In this document: positions 8,354 to 17,110 of the stretch, piece after piece
Layout of the letters: every line of letters starts with the position of its first letter
Numbering within the stretch: the stretch's first letter is position 1
DNA from: an uncultured virus (IMG/VR IMGVR_UViG_3300042868_008205)
Lineage: Duplodnaviria; Heunggongvirae; Uroviricota; Caudoviricetes
Strand: one strand, 5' to 3'
Length of the DNA stretch: 20,000 nt
Virus record (IMG/VR): IMGVR_UViG_3300042868_008205
Span: 56,862-76,861 of that record
Notes under the pieces: generated by a model
Database searches by the model: none
Told to the model about the DNA's origin: nothing
What the model saw: only the letters and a program-made list of their open reading frames with translations
Made by a program: the position numbers and the translations under genes

Positions 8354-10026
8354 CTTTCTTTACGTAATTCGGCAGAATAAAACTCAAAACGGTCATGTTC
8401 TGTTGGGGTTAACAACAAAAGTCCTGAATTAATGTTTCCTTTAACAGTTTCTTGATAACAATACGACATAAGAGTTTGTTCAAAGGGATGTGCCCACTTA
8501 GTCTCTAAATAACATTTATAATTTCCGTTTTTAGTTAAAATAATTGGCCAATTACATAAATAAATTTCACCATCAATATACGATAATCCTTGGTGTGTTT
8601 TTATGGATTTGAATTTGGTTCTTGGAGCATTTGGGTCTAAACCTTGTACAGGTAATGATGGTTTTTCGGGAAATAACTCCCTTCTTTTGTCTTGAGGCAA
8701 GTTGTACCAACTCCACTGCGTACCATTATCACCATAAAATTCAGTATAATTTAACTTTAAAAAATCAAAATTTTCTTGTTTCATTATTGATAGTGTTTTT
8801 GAATATAAGTTAGGAACAAACCTATTAAAACCATTTTTACATACTTCACCTTTTTTAGGGTAAAATGACATATCATCTTCAAACCAATAATAGAAATCTA
8901 AACCTGTCTCATCAAAATGTTCCGCAACAAATACTCTACCACCAACAATTCCAATATTATCTTTCTTAATATGTTCAAAACCATATTCTTCACAAAGTTC
9001 TTGATATCTTGGTGTTGTTGATAAATCAGTTGAATTATCTAATAAAAACTTTTTTGGTTTAATAATAAAATCTTTATCGTATTCTAACATTGATTGTATT
9101 AGTGTTTCAAATTGATTTGGACTATTAAATGTAATAACATATAATCCCACCTTATTAGTATCCAAATTATTAAGTATAACTTCTTTAGTACCTTCCGACT
9201 TAACAACTAGTTCATCATTCTTTAAATCCTCAAAAAACTTACCAAATAAACCATTTGACTCAATCTCAAAGTAGTTAATCAAATCTGAGTGGGTATAACA
9301 CATAATACTAAAAATTGATTCTTCAGTACCCATATATCCACTTTCTAATGTTGTCTTTAGGAAATTATAATAAATTCCGTTGATATCACTTATTGTGTGT
9401 TTTGGTCCACCAAAGAATCCTCCTCTTGCAACTTTATCTACTTTAGCACCTGCAATTGAGTTCATTTTATTAATTTCAAATCCGTGTATTTCGGTATTTG
9501 CTTCGTATGGAAAACAAACAAACGAAAACTTTGAAATGTATTTTGGTAATTTTTCTAATACCTTATCATGAGTAAAATATCCAGGATGAACAGTATTAGT
9601 TAATCCCGCATCAATCCAAAACATCATCTCTGAATTGAATTGGTCCATAATTCTGGCATCATTTAGTAAAAACATTTTAGACATTACTAAAGGATTATAC
9701 ATATCCAATTTTGCTTGAGTTGATTCAGGTAACCATCCCGCAAGATTATACCATTCAGGATTATTTCTTATTTCTTGAATTTTATTATAAAAGTCATTAT
9801 TTTTAAACCAGTCTTGACTACGAGCAATGAATTGAGTGTTTTCGCGACTTCTTCTTTCAAATACAAAAGATTCTAAATCGGAATCACCAAAAATAATCAT
9901 TGGGTTCTCAACTTGTAATAGTTGTTCAAATTTATCTAAATAATGTTGAAATGAACGAGACCAACCTTCAGTTAGTTTATCTCTTTTAATGTTCCAAAGT
10001 CCTGTGACTAATGTTATTTTACTCAT
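8350..10026 (-). CDS. Two-domain glycosyltransferase: HtrL/YibB (WlaTC-like) domain plus GT-A (GT2-like) domain
   Basis: N-terminal ITLVTGLWNIKR...RSFQHYL..F..LL, YNPLVMSK, FWIDAG, GGFFGG, GTEE; C-terminal YVITFN, LLDNS, NIGIVGGR, WFEDD. Confidence 0.75.
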   Translation of the reverse strand: MSKITLVTGLWNIKRDKLTEGWSRSFQHYLDKFEQLLQVENPMIIFGDSDLESFVFERRSRENTQFIARSQDWFKNNDFYNKIQEIRNNPEWYNLAGWLPESTQAKLDMYNPLVMSKMFLLNDARIMDQFNSEMMFWIDAGLTNTVHPGYFTHDKVLEKLPKYISKFSFVCFPYEANTEIHGFEINKMNSIAGAKVDKVARGGFFGGPKHTISDINGIYYNFLKTTLESGYMGTEESIFSIMCYTHSDLINYFEIESNGLFGKFFEDLKNDELVVKSEGTKEVILNNLDTNKVGLYVITFNSPNQFETLIQSMLEYDKDFIIKPKKFLLDNSTDLSTTPRYQELCEEYGFEHIKKDNIGIVGGRVFVAEHFDETGLDFYYWFEDDMSFYPKKGEVCKNGFNRFVPNLYSKTLSIMKQENFDFLKLNYTEFYGDNGTQWSWYNLPQDKRRELFPEKPSLPVQGLDPNAPRTKFKSIKTHQGLSYIDGEIYLCNWPIILTKNGNYKCYLETKWAHPFEQTLMSYCYQETVKGNINSGLLLLTPTEHDRFEFYSAELRKES

Positions 10027-10909
10027 ATGTCCTATTTATTTCTTCTAAAATTTTATAAAAACTTTTATTTATTCTTGTATGTTCGGCCATATCTGTACCA
10101 GCAACCCTTTCATCTTCATGCCACCAAATATCAAAGTGTTTACGCTCAAATAATTCTTTATGGTTATAATACATTAATGTCATAACACTTTCTTCATGAG
10201 GTAAACCCTTATCTTCGGTAATAACATTTTTGGTATAATCTTCAAACAAAGTTACAATTTCATCCCACTTATCTTTATGACCACCAAATAAACCACCAAT
10301 AATATGAATACCTCTTTCCCAATTCGAATACCATTTAGGGTCTAATGTACCCGACCAATAATTTCTGTCATTTTCTTTACCGATAATTAAAAATTTATCA
10401 CCTGTATCTTCTATTAAATTTGTTAGAAAATTATTATTAAATAATGTTGATTCGTAATATCTTTGTTCGGGATGAGTACCAACTAAATACTTGTTAGGGA
10501 TTAATCCACAATGTGATAATCCTGCATCAATCCAGTAATAATAATCATAAGACTTATCTTCATTCCACCACCAATGAAATTTACTATATTGAACCTCAAT
10601 ACATCTATCGGATTTTTTAGTCGTTTCAATATCTTTATGTTGATTTATTAAATCCTTAAATTTTGTATTGGAAATATCAAATACTTGAAGTTTTAATTTA
10701 TCTGGTGACACATTATGTATTTCATAAAAAAACGTAATTAATGATGGTAATTCCCTATCCGATGTATAACATAGAAAATCGGCATCTGTAATTTTTAAAA
10801 GGGATAATAAACTATACCTATAATGACCTCCTCTACCGACTCTACCACCAAATTCGGTACCGTTCAAATCACTATAAATTGACGTAATAAATTTAACTTT
10901 AGTTGTCAT
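10019..10909 (-). CDS. HtrL/YibB-like glycosyltransferase
   Basis: YSKF...YYWIDAGLSH, IGGLFGG and HEESVM parallel the N-terminal domain of the downstream gene; 8-nt overlap with it. Confidence 0.65.
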   Translation of the reverse strand: MTTKVKFITSIYSDLNGTEFGGRVGRGGHYRYSLLSLLKITDADFLCYTSDRELPSLITFFYEIHNVSPDKLKLQVFDISNTKFKDLINQHKDIETTKKSDRCIEVQYSKFHWWWNEDKSYDYYYWIDAGLSHCGLIPNKYLVGTHPEQRYYESTLFNNNFLTNLIEDTGDKFLIIGKENDRNYWSGTLDPKWYSNWERGIHIIGGLFGGHKDKWDEIVTLFEDYTKNVITEDKGLPHEESVMTLMYYNHKELFERKHFDIWWHEDERVAGTDMAEHTRINKSFYKILEEINRTYE

Positions 10910-11633
10910 AATTAAAATTTTTGTGTTGATTGTTAATTTTTAATTCATTGGTTAGTGTTCCGTTTAAATATCCTGAAGGTATTTTACAAGGACTATATAA
11001 ATTCCAATTATATGTTTGAGTATAAAAATTATTATAATCTCCGTGTGACACATCAGACCAATTACTCATTTGAGGTGCTATTGGTAGTAACGGCACATAA
11101 CTTTGTTTAATTGATATGACAAATTGTGAAATGTATTCATCAATTGCATAATAACCCAAATTCTCAGGTTTTTCTATTTCTAATACATTATCATAAATTG
11201 ATTTATGATAAATAATCATATTTGTTGCATAAATACCTCTATGGTGTTCCTCTTTTGGTGGGAGATTTGTTATATCTAAAAATAATGGTTGTGTTTCACT
11301 ACGATTAACAGGTCTGTTTAGTGTTGGTGCCAAATTTATAATTCCAAACTCAAAATCACCCGATTCGGTTTCAATCTTATTTATTAAATCTTTGGAATAA
11401 GGTAAGAAGGTACAATCATCCTCAATAACCATAACCGATTCATATCCTCTCTCCTTTGCAATTTTTATAACCTCAACGTGAGATAAAGTACACCCCCCAT
11501 GATTATTTAAATCAATTGCCTTAAATAATTCATATTCCCAACCAATATACTCCATTTCTTTTTTAATGTGTTCTAATCTATCAGGTCTCCTTTCAAGATT
11601 CACAACAAATTTTGGGATGTTTGTAATATTCAT
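10899..11633 (-). CDS. Glycosyltransferase family 25-like protein
   Basis: VVNLERRPDRLEHI, GCTLSH and VMVIEDD are typical GT25 motifs. Confidence 0.8.
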   Translation of the reverse strand: MNITNIPKFVVNLERRPDRLEHIKKEMEYIGWEYELFKAIDLNNHGGCTLSHVEVIKIAKERGYESVMVIEDDCTFLPYSKDLINKIETESGDFEFGIINLAPTLNRPVNRSETQPLFLDITNLPPKEEHHRGIYATNMIIYHKSIYDNVLEIEKPENLGYYAIDEYISQFVISIKQSYVPLLPIAPQMSNWSDVSHGDYNNFYTQTYNWNLYSPCKIPSGYLNGTLTNELKINNQHKNFNYDN

Positions 11634-12901
11634 TAGCTAACCATATTGTGACTTAATTGTCCTGTTATTCTATCACACCATCCTTTTGATTCTGAGAACG
11701 GCCAAACAACCCAATGAGTTGGCATTTCATCTGTTTGAAATTCTCTCCATACCTTGCAATAGTTATCAGGGTCTCTCATAAATCCAGCAATCTCATTTTT
11801 GTCTGCATCTTTACGGAATAAAGTTTTATCATCTTTACCGTGGAAGGCAACAACCCAAAACTCATAATCTGTTTCAGGAACCTGTGAATATCCAATATCA
11901 ATACAATGTTTGAACATCATACAGAAACTATCTTTCCATTCTTTTTCAGTTTCAAAGTTATATGGATTTGGTGGGTAGTTCTTATCTAAAGTATATTTGT
12001 CAATTGCTCGTTTTTCAAAAAGAATACCCGAATACTTTTCATAATCGGTTAAAGTTCTAACAGGACCAAAACCATAAGGACCATCGTGTCCTTCTTGTTT
12101 TTCACCATCCATACCAAATAACTTTCTATTTGTTAGGTGAGAGTGATTATTCTTTTGTCCCCAATCTTTATCAATATCCCATTGTTTTGTTCGACCTTTA
12201 CGAGTATATTCGTGATAAAATATTGGAATATGTGGATGGAATAGGTCATAACCCCAAGTGTAAGCCCTAACCGCAATCGAAATCTCTTCTCCGTGAAAAT
12301 AATATTCATTATTATGTTGAACTTCAGTTGAGAACTGTCCTAATGTAAAACAGAAGTGAGCGGAATAAAATCTTGCTGTTACAGGTTTTTTAAGGTCCTT
12401 CCATCCTGGTATTGTTTCAGGTAAGAAGAACACCGCACCTTCAGGAATGAATCTATCAAAGACCATTCTCCAAGCGTCAGGAGCTCTTCCTGCTGGGTCA
12501 TTATCAGGGTCAAAAGAAGGTACGTAACCTGTTAATAGAGGTTTTTTATATCCGTCTTTCTGTAACCCTTTTATCATTTTAATAAGAATAACATCCCAAT
12601 CCTTAATAGTTCTCATATGACTATCAATTTGAAGGGTATATTCTTCACCTTTATAAAGTTGTTGAGTTAAGTTTCTTGCCCAACAAACACCTTTAGAATC
12701 CGTATGTGGAATATCTAAAATTCTAAATCTTTTATCATCTCTCCATTCATCAACATTATCAAAACCGTCTTCTGGATTAAATTGTCTTGCAATTGCAAAT
12801 ACAAGATTTTTTGGATATTTAGCATTCTCCAACATATCTTTAATTGTTGGAACTAATTGTGGGTCACAAAATGATGCAATTTGGATAAATATTTTACTCA
12901 T
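11633..12901 (-). CDS. GT60-like (Skp1 Gnt1 / 'GlcNAc' family) polypeptide GlcNAc transferase
   Basis: IFIQIASFCDPQL..TI, SKGVCWAR...Q.LY.GEEY.LQIDSHMR, SAHFCF, FHGEEI..AVRAYTWGYDLFHP, YHEY; extra ~90 aa C-terminal region. Confidence 0.8.
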   Translation of the reverse strand: MSKIFIQIASFCDPQLVPTIKDMLENAKYPKNLVFAIARQFNPEDGFDNVDEWRDDKRFRILDIPHTDSKGVCWARNLTQQLYKGEEYTLQIDSHMRTIKDWDVILIKMIKGLQKDGYKKPLLTGYVPSFDPDNDPAGRAPDAWRMVFDRFIPEGAVFFLPETIPGWKDLKKPVTARFYSAHFCFTLGQFSTEVQHNNEYYFHGEEISIAVRAYTWGYDLFHPHIPIFYHEYTRKGRTKQWDIDKDWGQKNNHSHLTNRKLFGMDGEKQEGHDGPYGFGPVRTLTDYEKYSGILFEKRAIDKYTLDKNYPPNPYNFETEKEWKDSFCMMFKHCIDIGYSQVPETDYEFWVVAFHGKDDKTLFRKDADKNEIAGFMRDPDNYCKVWREFQTDEMPTHWVVWPFSESKGWCDRITGQLSHNMVS

Positions 12902-12920
12902 GATAGTATGTTTGTTTTGT

Positions 12921-12956
12921 AAAAAATAAAAAACCCTCCATAAAAATGAAGGGTTT
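12921..12956 (-). terminator. Rho-independent terminator after the Pro/Thr-rich gene
   Basis: On the - strand AAACCCTTCA-loop-TGGAGGGTTT forms a 10-bp stem with one G-U pair, followed by TTTATTTTTT. Confidence 0.7.
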
Positions 12957-12986
12957 ATTGAAATATATGTGCAAGTTTTTGTTGTA

Positions 12987-13283
12987 TTATGGACGTGTTG
13001 GAGTTGGGGTTGGAGTTGTGGTTGAAGTTACTGTTGGGGTTGGGGTTACTGCTGCGGTTGGGGAAGGCGTTGGTGTTATTGGATACACTCCATCATTAAC
13101 TAATACAACACTACTAACATATAATGGTGCTATTGAATATGTATCATTTATTAACCAAATATTTTTGGTTTGATTTTGTGTTAATTCAACTTGGTATTCC
13201 CACATTGCATCATCACATCTTCTATAATTAAAGTTCACTATCGTTGAACCCGTATTCGTTAAAGTATATTTACTACATGCCAT
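12987..13283 (-). CDS. Small protein with a beta-rich N-terminus and mucin-like Pro/Thr tail
   Basis: 98 aa ending ITPTPSPTAAVTPTPTVTSTTTPTPTPTRP; GATATTTATA upstream (13302-13311) and a terminator downstream. Confidence 0.75.
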   Translation of the reverse strand: MACSKYTLTNTGSTIVNFNYRRCDDAMWEYQVELTQNQTKNIWLINDTYSIAPLYVSSVVLVNDGVYPITPTPSPTAAVTPTPTVTSTTTPTPTPTRP

Positions 13284-13405
13284 AATTTTAAATGTTTTTT
13301 ATATAAATATCATCATTTTTGAAAATAAATTATATTTTTTTATATAGTTGTCGATTGTGATAATATTAAGAAGGTTAACATAATTTGTTTATAAACTATG
13401 ATAGA

Positions 13406-15181
13406 TTATAATCCAAAACGACCTTTTAGTGCGTTATAGTTTTGTGTCACTTCAGCAGGTGATAATACCTTATTTGTGTAGAAAAAACAATTATATATAG
13501 CACCATTAAAAAGGTTAAGGGAAGGTGAATTATCTAATTTTAATTGAGCTGTTTGACTTGTGTGTTGAACCGTTGAGCTTGTATTAATTGCTACTTGAGT
13601 TCCGTTTTCATATATAATTGACGTACTTGTATTAGGGTTATATGTACAAGTTATGTTATATATTTGACCAACTACAGGGGCGACATTCCAATCTAATCTT
13701 TCACTAAGACCTGTTTCCCATCCAAACGAACTAGTCGTAAATGTAAGATTGATAAAATTAGAACCATTAAATGAAAATAATCCACCGTTAGTTTCGATAG
13801 AAGAAATTTCAAACCACATACTTAAAGAATATCCTTGAGGATAACTTAATGTTATTGATGTAGATTGTGCGGTATCGTTAACTCCATCAAAATAAACTCC
13901 ACCACCATTTGTACCACTATATACAGGTCCACCTAATAAAGCTAAGTCATATTCATTCCCACTCAAATCAGACCAAGTGGTTCCTGTTCTTGGATAAGAC
14001 GGAACAAACCCACCATCCCACATTGCGGTTAGTCCACTAGTGACAATATCTGGATAGTTAATATTGGTAACCATATAAGTAGAATTATCATTAAAATAAT
14101 TCAATGCGTCGTAAATGGTGTTAATACCTGTTCCACCATATTGTGTTGCGATAGTTATTAATTCACTATCGTTTGACGCAAGTCTAATAGAAGGACCCTG
14201 AGAAGATTTTTGAGCGTAAACGGTATAACCATTTGAAGGAGGACTTATACCATTCCAAAAACCTGTTGTAACAGTTGGTCCATAGTCTACAGACGTACTA
14301 ACACCAATAAGAAAATCATTCTTTTTAAGGGTTCCTATTGAGACTGTTGTTGCAGATTTAATTACATTTGATGTGGTTGTTACTGTTACTGTTACAACTG
14401 AAAAAGTTCCACCCGTTGTAAATGTGTGAATTGTGTATATTCCCGAAGTGGTCTTTGTGCCACCAGTTGTTAATGTTGCATCTACGCCATCAGAGCCGTC
14501 TGTTGTGTATCGTATGATTACAACTCCTGAACCACCATTACCACCGACACCAGCAGGATTGGCTGACAAATTCCTTCCACCACCACCCCCTCCACCGTCT
14601 CCTGTATTATTACCTCCAGTTGTTCCTGTAAATTGTTCACCAGTATTAAATGGACGCCACCCACCTAGACCTCCTGTAGAATAAGTTACAGAAGCTCCTG
14701 ATATGCTACTACTTGTTCCTGGACCTCCTGTACCTCTCGTTGTTGGAGAAGAGCCATTTCCACCTACACCTGATGCACCACCTCCACCACCACAAGGCCA
14801 TTGATTGACAATAGCACCATTTCCACCAGCGTTACCTTGACCTAATGTACCACTAGCACCAGACGCGCGATTACCACCACCACCACAACCGCCAGTGCTT
14901 GCTGTTGCATCTGGAGCCTCAGAACCTCCACGTCCACCACCAATTGAACTTACTAATGTCGTTACACCATCCAATATCTCTGAATTTCCTCCGTTGAGTG
15001 CTGCGGTACTATCACCATTTCTACACCCCTTTCCACCCAATCCAACGGTAATCGTATAGTTTTTTGCGGTTACGGTAAGACCCGTAGCAGTTAGAAATCC
15101 ACCAGCACCACCTCCTCCACCCTGAAAACCGCCTCCACCACCTCCTCCACCACCTACAACTAAATATTCTACTTGTGCCAT
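13406..15181 (-). CDS. Putative virion fibre/decoration protein: glycine-rich domain, linker domain, C-terminal LamG/ConA-like domain
   Basis: VEYLVVGGGGGGG...GGSGVVIIRY...YTIHTFT (Gly-rich type); IVTSGL...SYPRTGTTWSDLSGN...FDGVND...YNALKGRFGL (LamG-like type common in aquatic phages). Confidence 0.8.
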   Translation of the reverse strand: MAQVEYLVVGGGGGGGGGFQGGGGGAGGFLTATGLTVTAKNYTITVGLGGKGCRNGDSTAALNGGNSEILDGVTTLVSSIGGGRGGSEAPDATASTGGCGGGGNRASGASGTLGQGNAGGNGAIVNQWPCGGGGGASGVGGNGSSPTTRGTGGPGTSSSISGASVTYSTGGLGGWRPFNTGEQFTGTTGGNNTGDGGGGGGGRNLSANPAGVGGNGGSGVVIIRYTTDGSDGVDATLTTGGTKTTSGIYTIHTFTTGGTFSVVTVTVTTTSNVIKSATTVSIGTLKKNDFLIGVSTSVDYGPTVTTGFWNGISPPSNGYTVYAQKSSQGPSIRLASNDSELITIATQYGGTGINTIYDALNYFNDNSTYMVTNINYPDIVTSGLTAMWDGGFVPSYPRTGTTWSDLSGNEYDLALLGGPVYSGTNGGGVYFDGVNDTAQSTSITLSYPQGYSLSMWFEISSIETNGGLFSFNGSNFINLTFTTSSFGWETGLSERLDWNVAPVVGQIYNITCTYNPNTSTSIIYENGTQVAINTSSTVQHTSQTAQLKLDNSPSLNLFNGAIYNCFFYTNKVLSPAEVTQNYNALKGRFGL

Positions 15182-15188
15182 ATTACTA

Positions 15189-15248
15189 TTAAATAAATAT
15201 CTTATCAGAACCGCCTGATGATGCTGATGTTCCTCTTGTTATTACCAT
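15189..15248 (-). pseudogene. Frameshifted relic of the fibre C-terminal motif VITSGTAAPSGGVDGDIYL
   Basis: Reads MVITRGTSASSGGSD then, after a 1-nt shift, DIYL; aligns at DNA level with about 19115-19171. Confidence 0.5.
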
Positions 15249-15262
15249 TTGTTATGTTATTT

Positions 15263-15454
15263 TTACCTCCAAACTCCTGATATTTTAATTTTTGGATTTG
15301 CAGTTTTCCATACTCCAGATACTTTTATCCATGTTATAGCATCTTTCCACGCACCTGCTATTTTAATCCACATTATGTTTCCAGATACTGGTAGCTCAAT
15401 AGGTATTGACCCAATTTCAATCTGTGCGCCATCAAATAATCTTCTTGTTGCCAT
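15263..15454 (-). CDS. Small fibre-associated protein with three IK(I/V)xGxW repeats
   Basis: WIKIAGAWK / WIKVSGVWK / KIKISGVWR; starts 1 nt after the upstream stop. Confidence 0.7.
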   Translation of the reverse strand: MATRRLFDGAQIEIGSIPIELPVSGNIMWIKIAGAWKDAITWIKVSGVWKTANPKIKISGVWR

Positions 15455-15455
15455 C

Positions 15456-16283
15456 TTATGCTTCTGTTAATATTACTGCACCTCCCATAGCCAAATTTAT
15501 TATTGTACCATTTGCTAAAAAAGTTAAACAAGCATCAGGGTGAATTTCGCATAAAGAACCAATTATACAATTTGAACTTACGGCATCTAATGGTGCTTGA
15601 CCACCCGATACATCTTCAAATGAAATCATTGCTAAAGGTTTATATAGGCATACACCAAAGTCTCCTGCTGTTCCTGTTGTCCCTGCAAGAGTCACCGACT
15701 CAATACTTCTTACTCCTGTGTCTCCTGCTTGTAAAGGAATAGGAATCAATATTCTTACCTCTCTGAAATTTGTATTACCAAATGATGTTGCAGTTGATGT
15801 TCTACCAGATGTCCCTGCCTGATTAGTGTAACTTATCGTAATAGTTGTAGAGGTGGTTCCTACTGTACTAAAAATTATAATTCCTGCCATTACTCCCTCA
15901 CCTGATGTATATCTTGTTAATGCTGCGGTTGGAAGGTTAGTTGTTTGAGGTGTTGTAACAGTTCCGCTCAATCCTCCATTAATGTTTAATAAATCAATCA
16001 TTATTCCTGCCATGCCTCCTCCTCCTGTTGATGTTGGAATAAATGAAAATCTTCCACCAAGAAAAGTAAGTCTGCCTGTTGAAACTGCAGGAATAGGGCC
16101 AATAGATTGTAAGGAATCTTTATTAGTTACTATACTTGTTGTTGGCGTAGCAGGAGCAGGTGTAAAAAGTTGCCAAATTGCATTGAGTCTGCCTGCTCTT
16201 GACATACCTCCGTTCATCAAAAAATCAGATGCCCTGTTTTCGCTAAGTCTTTCTACGTATTCGTTAAAATCTGTTAGTGCCAT
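15456..16283 (-). CDS. Hypothetical virion protein, paralogue B'
   Basis: 275 aa, near-duplicate of 16285-17109; Gly/Thr/Ser-rich. Confidence 0.85.
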   Translation of the reverse strand: MALTDFNEYVERLSENRASDFLMNGGMSRAGRLNAIWQLFTPAPATPTTSIVTNKDSLQSIGPIPAVSTGRLTFLGGRFSFIPTSTGGGGMAGIMIDLLNINGGLSGTVTTPQTTNLPTAALTRYTSGEGVMAGIIIFSTVGTTSTTITISYTNQAGTSGRTSTATSFGNTNFREVRILIPIPLQAGDTGVRSIESVTLAGTTGTAGDFGVCLYKPLAMISFEDVSGGQAPLDAVSSNCIIGSLCEIHPDACLTFLANGTIINLAMGGAVILTEA

Positions 16284-16284
16284 A

Positions 16285-17109
16285 TTATGCTTCCGTTAAT
16301 ATTACTGAACCTCCCATATACAAAGCGTTTATTGCTCCATTCCCTAAAAATGTTAAACAAGCATCAGGATGAATTTCACATAGTGAACCAACTATACATC
16401 CCGAACTTACGGCATCTAATGGTGCTTGACCTGTTGTACGTTCAAATGAAATCATTGATAAAGGTTTATATAAACATACACCAAAGTTTCCTCCTCCTCC
16501 CGTTGAGGAAGCAAGAGTTACTGATTCAATACTTCTAAATCCTTTATCTGCTCCTTGTAAAGGAACAGGTATAAAAATATTATTTTCCCTAAAATTTGTT
16601 TGACCAAATGATGTTGCCGTTGATGTTCTACCTGATACACCTGCTTGATTAGTGTAGCTAACTTGAATAGTTGTAAGGGTGTTTCCTACTTGTGTAAAAA
16701 TTACAATTCCTGCCATTACTCCTTCTCCCGATGTATATCTTGTTAATGCTGCGGTTGGAAGGTTAGTTGTTTGAGGTGTTGTTACAGTTCCGCTCAATCC
16801 TCCACTAATATTCAACAAATCAATCATTATCCCTGCAGCACCGCCTCCTCCTGTTGATGTTGGAATAAATGAAAATCTACCACCAAGAAAAGTAAGTCTG
16901 CCTGTTGAAACTGCAGGAATAGGGCCAATAGATTGTAAGGAATCTTTATTAGTTACTATACTTGTTGTTGGATTAGCAGGAGCTGGTGTAAAAAGTTGCC
17001 AAATTGCATTTAACCTTAAACCTCTTCCCATACCTCCGCTCATCAAAAAATCAGATGCCCTGTTTTCGCTAAGTCTTTCTACGTATTCGTTAAAATCTGT
17101 TAGTGCCAT
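16285..17109 (-). CDS. Hypothetical virion protein, paralogue B
   Basis: 274 aa with the same N-terminus (MALTDFNEYVERLSENRASDFLM) and C-terminus (VILTEA) as B'. Confidence 0.85.
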   Translation of the reverse strand: MALTDFNEYVERLSENRASDFLMSGGMGRGLRLNAIWQLFTPAPANPTTSIVTNKDSLQSIGPIPAVSTGRLTFLGGRFSFIPTSTGGGGAAGIMIDLLNISGGLSGTVTTPQTTNLPTAALTRYTSGEGVMAGIVIFTQVGNTLTTIQVSYTNQAGVSGRTSTATSFGQTNFRENNIFIPVPLQGADKGFRSIESVTLASSTGGGGNFGVCLYKPLSMISFERTTGQAPLDAVSSGCIVGSLCEIHPDACLTFLGNGAINALYMGGSVILTEA

Positions 17110-17110
17110 A

